From positions 36,210,001 through 36,274,000 of the forward strand of contig NW_024704743.1 of NCBI RefSeq assembly GCF_018977255.1: a stretch of 64,000 nucleotides of DNA, read 5' to 3'. The DNA comes from Callorhinchus milii (Eukaryota). The notes under the pieces were generated by a model. It was not told the origin of the DNA and searched no databases. It saw only the letters and a program-made list of their open reading frames with translations. Made by a program: the position numbers and the translations under genes. Position 1 is the first letter of the stretch. The number at the start of each line of letters is the position of its first letter. Below, one piece after another: positions 39,880-50,495 of the stretch.

Positions 39880-40410
39880 TTTTTTTGGTCAGCCAGTTAT
39901 ACGGGAATTGAGAATTCCATGCATCCCACCTCACTTGAAAAACCCAGAGATAGATTGTTGGAATGCAATGGTACTCTCTCCCTGGAGGAACGCATCCTGC
40001 TTACCTAATTCTGGAAAGTATTAGATGGAGGTTGGCAAGAGCCAAGGCTTGGGGATCCTGCTGGAGTCTAACCAGCTAACTCCGAATACCCTTCCATTGA
40101 TAGTAGTCTGGCAAACTTTCCAGCTGCTTGTCCAGCTAGGACTACCCTACCCTTTAGTGCTTTGGCTTGCAGGGTTGACAGTGGGAGGATTCCCTGCTCC
40201 CAGTGACTGGTCTGGCCTTCCAAGTCCTACCGTTGAGCCAGGCTGACTGTGCTGTCTTCATCAGTGCCCTGGAATACTGTGGAACCATCTGGCTCAGAAA
40301 TCAGACTACCGAGACCACCACAGAGGGCTGGCTTGATTCTGACATTTCTGAAGGAGAAGGTCTCCAAGGAGACCCCGCTTACCTCCCCCCACCAAGGACG
40401 ATAGTCACTA
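39880..40410 (-). mobile_element. family A retroposon, long copy
   Basis: begins (T)n-ggtcagcc; colinear with 5781-6318. Confidence 0.8.
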
Positions 40411-40621
40411 GTTGGTCATTTGACATCTGACAGGTGTGGGTTTGTGCCCTCACTAGGTGGATGGTGGGTACCAGGAACTCCTTGTGAGCTCCCAGTGGGC
40501 GACACAGTTATTAGGGTTAATGGGTTAGTCTTAACCCTAATGTGAGCTCGCACAACACAGATGTGAAACATTGAATGGCTTTCTCCCCTGCTATGTTTCT
40601 AATCTCTGACTCATGTTGAAG

Positions 40622-40719
40622 GTCACACTATGACTGAAACCCTCAGTGTGGCTCTGCGGGTGGCAGAAGAAGCAGTGGAAGAGGCAATCACCAAGGCAGA
40701 ATCCTTCAGCGATTGTTTG
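40622..40719 (+). CDS. MYRIP: MYRIP internal coding exon, PKA-RII-anchoring (AKAP) amphipathic helix
   Basis: tgaag acceptor, |gtaagt donor; 98 nt; encodes (G)HTMTETLSVALRVAEEAVEEAITKAESFSDCL, close to MYRIP LAVALRVAEEAIEEAISKAE. Confidence 0.94.
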
Positions 40720-42104
40720 GTAAGTTTCCCACTGCCAATATTGTTAAGCGTGTTGAACCATTCTTTTACATAAATAGAGTTGTATCAAATACAAGCTGTC
40801 CGTGTGCTTTCAAGCTCGATGGTGCTGTGTGAACATTTACTTATTAATTTAACTTGCAATTGCCCATTGTTTAATGAAGAGGGAGGTGCAGTGGAGAAGG
40901 AAGCAACGGCCTGTTAAACACTCTTAGTTCTCTTATTCTTCAACTTTAGAGCTACAGTCATTTTCTCTATAATAAACTACAGTAATTTTCTCTGCGTTAT
41001 TTTCTGGTCATCTATCACAGTCATTGGTAAACACTGGACACTGTGTCACCATGATTTAAATAGATTTTGCCTAGAATGTACAACACACAAACTAGCAATT
41101 TAGCTAAACCAATCCTTACTGATGTTTGTACTCCACATAGCTCTCCACCACTCCTTACAGCCGCCCATACACTTCTATTATCTTCTTTCTTGTGTGTATA
41201 TCGAGCTTCCTCTTAAATGCATCTAATACTGTTTGATTCATCCACTGCTTTGAGCAGCGAGTTCCACAATCTCACTCTCCTCTGGGTGAAGAAGTTCCTC
41301 CTAAATTCTTCAACTCTGAAATGCATCTCGCCCACAAATATACAGTCAATTCACTTTAAAGTATATTCTGTGAAGCGCTTTGAGATGTCTAGAAGATGTG
41401 AAAAGCGCTATATCAAATGCAAGGATTATTATTATTAAATTCTCTTTTAGTCGCTCTCTTAGTCACTTTACTGTATTTGTGTTCTCTGGGTACAGAGTTG
41501 CCAACAAGTGCTAAACTTATTGCACCCTTTTATAATTGTAAACATATCTGGAAAGTCTATAATTTGTACTTATTAAAATCATGTTAAAGGTAAAAAAAAA
41601 GCAGTGCAATTCCATTGTAATTGTAAAATTTATGACAATGGTCTCAAACCGCAGAAAAGGAGAGGTTTAAGTCCAGAAAAGGCCAGCATCAATCCTGGCT
41701 GTGATGCCTCCATCATTGAATAGTATGAATAATGTCCTCTTTAGCAAGGTAACAGAACTGTATCTTGCAAGAGGGAATACAAGGCAAATACATTCAGGAG
41801 AGGAGGAGAAAGAGGAGCAAATTACTGAGAGAAAACCAATCTGAAAATCCTTGTAACCGTCGCATTATATTTTTTGTAAAGTTTTTTTTAAAAAATGCAA
41901 AGTGTAGCTAATAGTTCAGTTCAGCGCCTTGGGACGTCCTCCCGACGTGAAAGGCGCCCAATAAATGGAATCTTGTTGTTCTTGTTGTTGTTGTAGTGAA
42001 GCTCATTGGTTGAAGACTTTCAAATTTCTTGTACTGCAATTCATTGTGTGTTTTGTATCATGTCAGTGGGTCAACTTCAACTGCAACATAGACAGTCCTG
42101 TTTG

Positions 42105-42357
42105 CTTTTTATGATATGTCAGTTCTCTGTATTCAGATAATATCTGTGTGTGTGTGTGTTTTATATGTCAGTTCTCTGTATTCAGATAATATATGTGTGT
42201 GTGTTTTATATGTCAGTTCTCTGTATTTAGATAAAAACTGTATGTGCGTGTATGTGTTTTATACAATGTGTCAGTTCTCCGCATACTGATAATGTCAGCA
42301 TTGCATGTGTGTGTTTTATGACATGTCAGCTTTCTCTGTACATATGTGTGTGTTTGT
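42105..42357. repeat. ~47-55 bp tandem repeat with embedded (TG)n, directly upstream of an exon
   Basis: about five units of ttttatatgtcagttctctgtattcagataata(tg)n. Confidence 0.85.
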
Positions 42358-42359
42358 AG

Positions 42360-42440
42360 GAAAAGCAGAACGAGAGCCGGTACCTGCGAGAACACAAGGA
42401 GGAACTGATAGAAGAACTTGCTGCTACTATAGTGCAAAAG
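42360..42440 (+). CDS. MYRIP: MYRIP internal coding exon (81 nt, phase 0-0)
   Basis: tttgtag acceptor, AAG|gtctgt donor; encodes EKQNESRYLREHKEELIEELAATIVQK, cf. MYRIP DKQNEASYLRDHKEELTEELATTILQK. Confidence 0.94.
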
Positions 42441-42632
42441 GTCTGTCTGTTCAGCAGTGAAGTATTGCAGGGGGTTGAGCATTCATGTTTGTTCAGTTGC
42501 AAAGTTGCAGATGTGTGATATCCATCTATAGCACCTTATCGTTTGGTAAGGATTTCAGTATGTAAAATGCAAACACAACACAAACACATGGCAAAATGTA
42601 TCAGATGCAAAATAATTTGCTATTATCATCTT

Positions 42633-43370
42633 AAGGGGAGTAAAAGAACAGAGACCTGGGAGTGCAGGTAAATGAATCCTTGAAGGTGACAGGACAGATT
42701 GATAAAGCTGTAAAAAGGGCATATGGGATACTAGGCTTTATAAATAGGGGCATAGAGTACAAGAGTCAGGAGGTTATGATAAACCTATATAAAACACTGG
42801 TTACGCCTCAGTTAGAATACTGCGCCCAGTTCTGGGCACCACACTATAGGAAGGATGTTAAGGCATTGGAAAGGGTGCAAAGGAGATTTACGAGGATGGT
42901 ACCAGGAATGAGGGACCTTGATTATGAGGAAAGGCTCGAAAGGCCGGGATTATTCTCATTGGAGCAGAGAAGGTTACGAGGAGACCTAATAGAGGTCTTC
43001 AAAATCATGAGAGGATTTGATAGGTTAGAAAGGGAAAAACTGTTTCCACTGGTGGGTGTGTCAGTGACTCAAGGTCACAGATTCAAAATAGTCTCTAAAA
43101 GAAGCAGAGGGGAGGTGAGAAGAAAATAATTTTTTCACGCAGCGAGTTGTTCGAATCTGGAACGCATTGCCTGAAAGGGTGGTCGAGGCCGATTCGATAA
43201 CTACTTTTAAAAATGCGGTGGACGGGTATTTGAAGAGGACGGGTTTGCAGGGTTATGGGGAAAGGGCTGGGGAGTGGGATTGACATTAATTGCTCTATTC
43301 AAAGAGCCGGCACAAACTCGATGGGCTGAATGGCCTCTTTTTGTGCTGTATGATTCTATGATTCTATGAT
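42633..43370 (+). mobile_element. young 5'-truncated CR1 LINE
   Basis: uninterrupted 155 aa frame (KAVKRAYGILGFINRGIEYKS...LEYCAQFWAPHYRKD...RLRGDLIEVFKIM) and tail tatgattctatgattctatgat. Confidence 0.95.
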
Positions 43371-43524
43371 ATAAACTTTTGAGTTGGTTTTAATTATTTA
43401 TAGCTTCATCTTTTTTTTGAGAGAATTTTTACTCCAGCTTTTTGCCCATGTGCCTCCTGATTCTCCTGAGTCTACCTCAGAGAACACAAGTGGGTGATTG
43501 GCTCTTTCAGGTCTCTGATAATTC

Positions 43525-43925
43525 TTTCACCTCGAGAGGCGTGCTTCAAAGTGCTTCACAGGATTTATCGTGAAGTGTATCAAATATGTAATCCACAGCC
43601 AATTTTGCACACAGCAATATCTGCCACAAATAGCCATGAAATAAATAACCAATTTCATCTGGAGGATTGCTGTCCAGGACACCAGGAGAAACGTCCTTCT
43701 CTTTTCAAATAGTATCATAGGATCTTTCAGATCCACCTGAATTGGTAGCTGGGACCTCGGTTTAACATCTTATCCAAAGAATGGCATCTCTGACAATGCA
43801 GCATTTCTCCAGCACTATTTGGAGTGTCAGCTTAAACTATGTGAGTTCCAAGTCCTGATGTGGAGTTTGAACCCGCCACCTTCTGACTCGGAGGCAAGAG
43901 TGCTGTAACTGAGCCAAGCTGCCAC
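43525..43925 (-). mobile_element. Deu-domain (SacSINE1/AmnSINE1-like) SINE, near full length
   Basis: minus strand: tRNA-like head gcttggctcagtt...gggttcaaactcc, core gatgccattctttggataagatgttaaaccgaggtccc, L2-type tail. Confidence 0.8.
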
Positions 43926-44724
43926 CTAACTCTCTGGGTATCTGTTCAACAGCAAGCGGGCTCATTGAAGAAAGAGATATCATTTTTGGGGGAAAAAACA
44001 CATTTCAATATATGTGCCCAGTGTACGCGTCAAACACTTCCATATCAGGGACAGCGAGTGTTACACCCCATTAACACTGCAGCAAGTGGTGCATTATGCC
44101 ATTTGATTTGAGATCAATGCCAATGAACAGACCTGATTCAGACTATCAGCCTGGATGTGCAATGGTTTTGGAGGATGTGCTTTGGCAGTGTGATGACAAC
44201 GCACTGGGACTGATCCATACGTTGACTTTTGTAACATTTTTGAAAAAAGAATCCTGAGGGCATTTTTGGAAGATAAAATTTGACATTTATCCTGAAACCG
44301 ATAAAATGTTTCTGGCCAATAGTGGAAACCTGAGGCCTGAACTTCTGCCTAGTCTTAGCTGATTAGAAAGGAAGATTGAACAGATTTCTGGACAAAAAAT
44401 AGTCTTAATTTCAAATCCAGAATTTTTTTTAACAAAAATTCGACATTAAGACTTCATTTAATTATTTTCCACAAATTGCAATATCTATTTTTTTATATAT
44501 CTGCTCTGCCATGCTTGACATGTAGCCTAATAAGTGATTTAAAGTGTATTTCCATGTGGTTGGATATCATGCTAAATAAATTTCTCAGCTTAGTAAACAA
44601 GAGCTCGAGTTAAAGAGTCCCAAGGTGCGCTTTTGCAGAAGTAGTGGGGCATTACCACTAGGTAGTGGTATCGTGTTATACTGAGGGCTTATGTCTCTGA
44701 GCAATGTCTTTCCATTCATCACAG

Positions 44725-44874
44725 GTAATAAAGAGGAAGAAGTCTGTAATTGCCCTGACAGACTCTGAATCTGAACGTCCACATTCGGGGAACAGTACCT
44801 CTACCTACCAGACTGCTAGCAAGGAAACCCCTCTGCCCCGCCGGGAAAGCTGCACCAGGATGCCTAGCCTGTGG
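44725..44874 (+). CDS. MYRIP: MYRIP internal coding exon (150 nt, phase 0-0)
   Basis: cacag acceptor, TGG|gtgagt donor; encodes VIKRKKSVIALTDSESERPHSGNSTSTYQTASKETPLPRRESCTRMPSLW; ends in LW as in MYRIP (AALW|RSQS) and keeps the frame. Confidence 0.88.
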
Positions 44875-47800
44875 GTGAGTGAAAAAAATCCCTTCAGTTT
44901 CAGTTACGTGGCGAATCTGGGGACCCTGTGCTCTTCAGTGAGTCAGTTGGAAAGAAATATTGACTGATTTTTAGATTGTAGAAGTAAAGATCAAAACGGA
45001 AAGACTGAAAATTATCAATCTCGCACGCATTTTCCTGTTCGCGTGAACTTTTCAACGATGGGGGTGAAAGATCATTATTAGATTATCTCAAATCAAGTAT
45101 CTCAGTCGATGTCTGACTTTTCCATTAAGCTGGTATCCTGGAAACCTGTGTTGCTGCGATCAAATAGGGAATGGGCCCGTGGCAACCAAAAGGCTGGACC
45201 CCCCCATCCCGCGGCCTAGGTGATCCAAGCAGTGTGACCTTTATCATGGCCTACACCAGTTGAGGGGGTCTGGGAGGCATTCTGTCCCCTGCCCCTTAAC
45301 CTACTGACGCCAAAAGGTTACATCAAGTAAATCACTCTTTTGTGATATAAGTCTCCTGGGTAGAAGAGACTTAAAGTCAAGGCTATAAAAACAACCTATT
45401 TGATGATTCACTTGTTTTTCATCCAATTGAAAGCTGCTAGCATTTCTAGGAGGCATCTTACCAAAGTGGCCTGACAATGTACTGTTTGAAGCTGTCTGTT
45501 CTATCAGTCTGGAGTGAAGTGGGAAGATTAGAAACCAGTCAGTGGGTTTTGGATCTACTGGCATCGATCCTCCCACAGCATCACGCTATGTCTTTGCATT
45601 GTGTTGCGCCGTGTCATGTGGTGCTTGAGCTGCCATCAATTAGATGTGAACCAGATTCAGTCTGGTTCGCGCCAGACAGCTGCTGTTGAGAGTGCAGCCA
45701 TTCAGAGAGAATTGATCACAGTCCATTTAAAATCTGTGTACTGGGCAGCTCTCTGCAGCCATTTACAGTGAGGCCACGTGGATCTGAAGCCAAGCTGCTC
45801 GCTGACTGGTGTCTGTGGCTTGATATCATAAGAGTCCGCTGAGCTCATTCATCACATGGCCCAGCGTGGAATCTTGAGCTCGATTCTGCAGTGTTAAGAG
45901 ATTTCTTCATTTAAAAGAATACTGTTGGCACACACACCGCTCCAATTAATTCTGCTTTCAAAGTGACTTTCCCACAAGTCATTGTGACATTCGTGAATTC
46001 CTTCCAGTGACTGGGGGCGATGGAGTCTCCCTCTCAGGTTTCTTTATTAATAAATTGAGAAATCTGTTGAGAAATTCAGCAAAATTGACCCTGATATTTC
46101 TTGCTTAGCTGCAGCAGCAATTTGTCCCTGTCCCCAAGCTACACTTAAAAGTCTCCAAATCCCACGCGTGGTGAAGGATGAAGGACTCAAGCTTTGCTCG
46201 CTACCCACCAGCTTCTCCTCAGAAACAGCCGAATACATTTCACTGTTCAGTACTCGTTGACCGTGTGCTGGTTTCTAATAAAATCATCATTCAGGATGAC
46301 AGACTGATCTGTTAACTTGTATTTTCTGAATGACTGACACTTGATTACACCTCTTGCATACCTACATAACTGCCAGTTATTATTTAACGCTGGTTAAATA
46401 ATGACTGAAAGCTCGAAGTAATTATTGACCCAGAGTCAGACATTTACTCATTCCCTTTGTGAAAACAGAGCACTTTGAAAGTCAGTGGAATCTTGCTCAG
46501 CCTCCTTTGAACCTCTGGGTCATAAACCAGGGGCACAGAACTCAAACAGTAATTGATTTTGAAATGTAGAAACCATCTTTTTTTATTTATACTGCTGAGA
46601 TCAAAGCCCCTTCGTTCCCAGCAACAAAGATGTGGAACTATATGCCAGATTTATCCTTTCTTGAATTGGGCTGAAAGCAAGCGAACACCTGATTTCTGCA
46701 CATCGAGAATGCACAAGTCTGTGTGCCTTGCACCAAAATATGTTAGCTATTTTTAAATGTTATTAAGAAGAGTGTTACACCAATCCAATATCTATGAGGG
46801 TGGGGGGGGGGGGGGGCGCGGTTGAGTGGGGGCAAGAGAGAGAGAGTCCAGTGAAATTTCCTCCTGGGTTTATACTCCTCCAGTGTGGTCCCTGTTGGCT
46901 CTATGTTGCAGCTATGGGGATATTTCCTCTCATCTCTTAGTGATTGAAAATGACCCTCTATTATCTCAAAATTCCATTGAGCATTACACGCAGGGACTTC
47001 CGCAATGTCGGCCACTAAGGATTTGCCCATTATAATCACACATCACCAAAGCCACTGCATTGTAATGCTCACCAGAATTTTAGTTCTACATTTTTCATAT
47101 CTTGGGTTCTTGGCTTTTATCCAAGCTCTTGTTTTTATTTGGGGAGGGAGGGGCAGCAAGTCAAATTCTTAATGTTATGTTCTCACCATTGGGTCAGTTT
47201 GGGTTAATTCACAAGTCGCTTGGAAGTTTCGCCCACAAAATATACAGTCAATTCACTTTTTAATGTATTCTGTGAAGCGCTTTGAGATGTCTCAACGACG
47301 TGATAAGGCGTTATATCAAATGCAAGGATTATTATAAGATAGCCCAGTTCAGCTGTTCTGTCCCTTTAAGCAGGAAAACAGAATACAATGTAAAGTTATG
47401 CATCCGTATGTGGGTGGGGTGAGGAAAAAGAAGCTGGAGAAAGAATTGACGAAGACAGAATGACAAATGTTGTGTTGGCAGCTGACAGTGAGTTTGAATT
47501 GATAGAGTTGCCCGCTAAGCAAATAATGGATCCATCTTGTGGGATCCCAACCGTGTGAATCTGGAGCATTAGTGTGAACACAATAATATTAGATATCTTT
47601 AATTGCATTTGATATAATGCTGGTCAGTTTGTTTTACAATAATAAGGTCGATGGTGCTATGTGAAGAGAGTTTTTTTGTATTCATTAATGCTCTATTGAT
47701 TTTTTTCCCAAATTCATTTTTCTTGCACATCTCGGCATTTTATAAAATCCAGAATCTCCTAACATGTGACATTGCAAAACTGCTGATTTAAAGACAAAGG

Positions 47801-48414
47801 GCAGTTTCTTAGAAAATGTCCGTCACAGGGGCTTGGCACAAGCAACAGGGTGCAAGGCTTTTGGAATGAGTCCAAATGATACTGGACATTTTCTAGGGCA
47901 GTGAAGGAAATCACATTGAAAAGTGATGATCATTGAGTCAGTGGCAACTTCTGTCTCTACAGGAACTTCAGTAAAAAGCTGCACATCTTTAAAAAAAATT
48001 CAGGTCACTTTGCGAGCAAATGAAACAGTGTTAAACATATTTTAGGAAAAACAATCCAACCATCTCCTGCCAGAGTTCTCCTGTTTTCATGAGTTCACAC
48101 TGATTATTGGTCAACTATGGTAGTAACTCTGAGCCAATGTGCAACCTTGGTATTTTGTTTGACACCTGGCTCTATTTCAAACCCCTTAGTCGTTTCTTGA
48201 CCCAAGACTGCTTTCCTCCATCGCCAGAACATACCTTCCCAATAACCATGTCTCAGCACATCATCTCACTCAGCCAAAACCATCATCCGGTTGTCATTTT
48301 GAGACCAGATTTGTTCAACGTTCTCCTCTCTAAAGTGCATGTGTACTTATCAAATGGGGTGGGGGGGAGGGAGTTGAGTGGACCATTATGGCACAATGCT
48401 CTTCTGCCAATGTA

Positions 48415-48877
48415 TAGTGACTATCCTCCTGGGGGTGGGGGGCAATTAAGCAGGGTCTTCTTGGAGCTAAACTAGCTGTGGGTTGACAAGCTTTGCAACA
48501 GAATGTTGGAATCGAGTCAAGCTTCTGTGGCGGCTTCAGTAGTCTAGTTATGAGCCAGACAGTTCTGCATGGCACTGCTGCTGCAGCCCAGCTGGCCTCG
48601 CTCATCATCAGTCACTGGACACAAGGATTATTTCCATTCAGCTCCTGTTAACACTGCAAGCCAAAGCCCTAATGAGTAGCAGACCGTGCTTTCAATGGCA
48701 AGCTATGTGGTTTTAGTTGGTTAAACTCCAGCAGTATCCCACTCTGGGGCCTCCAAACCTTGGCTCTTGCCAGCCTGCACCTAAAACTCTCCAGAACTAG
48801 GTAAGCAGGGTGCATTCCTCAAGGGAGAAGGTGAACATTCCATTCCAGAGACTGGGAGATTTCCATGTGTCGGTGCA
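48415..48877 (+). mobile_element. family A retroposon, + strand copy
   Basis: colinear with the reverse complement of 39880-40410. Confidence 0.75.
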
Positions 48878-48922
48878 TACTCACATTGTGAAAATGTACT
48901 GTAGTTTACCAGCATCATTTGT

Positions 48923-49244
48923 GGAGTCCTGTAGCTCAGGGGTTAGAGCACTCGCTTTGCAAGTGAGAGACCTGAGTTCAATTCCAGGCAGGGCGAAACC
49001 TTGGGCAAGTTTCCTTACTCCACACGCCTAATAATAATCCCTCCAAAACCCAAAACAATAATAAATTGGTCATTTTCAATCTACGACTGTTTGTGGGACA
49101 TTGCTGTGCGCAATTGGCTGCCGCGTTCGCCCACAAATATACAGTCAATTCACTTTACAGTATATTCTGTGAAGCGCTTTGGGACGTCCTCCCGACGTGA
49201 AAAGCGCTATATCAAATGCAAGGATTATTATTATTATTATTATT
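48923..49244 (+). mobile_element. tRNA-Ala SINE, short subfamily, consensus-like
   Basis: many intact CpGs and long (TTA)n tail. Confidence 0.93.
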
Positions 49245-50170
49245 ATCATCCCTCCCCTCCTCACCTAGATTCTTAGTGGTTGGGGAGCAGAGGGTTTTGT
49301 GCCTTTCAGCAATCAATCACTTCAGTTGGTTAATACACTATAAGATTCTAAACTGAGATGCGCAAAGGATTGATGCATCCTGAACTGGTGCATTTCGTAG
49401 TTAGGACAAGATTGGGCTTGGCTGTTATGGCCTGCACACAGATCACAAGATCACAAGATTGGTCTCTATAAAGAAGGCTCTTCGCCCATCCGATCTCATT
49501 ATTTGTTTGCCTGCTACTACTGATGGCATCAGCTCTTACATTGAGAATTCTCATCTGAGCACAGTACCAAAGGACCCGGATCCCAGCAAACGTCAGCTAC
49601 ACGGACACGTGGTGGGAAGTCTGTAAAAAGCATTTCACAGGCTCAAGCTTCTGCGTGGGGGAAGGGGAAGATGATGTGATTGTACTGCTTCCCTCTTCTC
49701 CCATTCAGACTCACAATGTTGGCAGCACTGGTCTTTCTGACATTTATTCTAGAAAATTTAAATGTTATTGGTCATGCTGGAATGAGAGGTCCTTTACCTT
49801 CAATAAAGGTCCAATGCTCCTTTAAGAAAGAAAATGGATCTCCTGTAATATTGGGATGTTACAGATAAATCCTGCTGATTTTTTGAGGATTCGGTGAGCT
49901 GGAAAGCTCAGTATTGGTTGGGTGAGGCTGCCACCTGTTGGAGAATTGTAGCATTCCATTTATCAGTCTGCTCACTACATTCCTTCTTTTACTTTCCAAT
50001 TTGTATATTTTTTAACAAGTTGAATTCTCTCAGCTTCGAAGATCATTTGTGGGATGAAGTTCCAAAGGGTCGGGTCAGTTCCAAAGGGTGGAGGCATGAA
50101 TAATGAACGTTACTCTTTCTCAAAGCTTTGAAGCAAGCTGTCAGTATGCACACTCAACTACAGCTACAAT

Positions 50171-50495
50171 GGAGTCCTGTAGCTCAGTGGTTAGAGCACT
50201 CACCTGGGTTCAATTTCCAGCGGGGCAAAATATTGAACAAGTTTCCTTATTCAACACACCTCTGTTTACCTAGCAGTAAGTAGGAACTCGGTTGTTAGTC
50301 GATTGGCAGATGGCCTTTTCGGGGGCAATAATCCCTTCAAAACAAAAATAAATTTTAAAAAATAATAATTTATTCACCCAATCCACCACTGTTTGTGGGG
50401 CACTGCTGTATGCAGTTGGCTGCCGCGTTTCGCCCACAATATATACAGCCAATTAACTTTACAGTTTATTCTGTGAAGCTCTTTGAGGCATCTCA
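50171..50495 (+). mobile_element. tRNA-Ala SINE, long subfamily
   Basis: head with anticodon arm deleted, internal ctctgtttacctagcagtaagtagg segment. Confidence 0.85.

Noticed and set aside
49001..49276. Recurrent ORFs such as MGKFPYSTRLIIIPPK...KCKDYYY (also 17063, 32361, 2970)
   Set aside because: Chance frames in copies of the non-coding tRNA-derived SINE, not a gene family.
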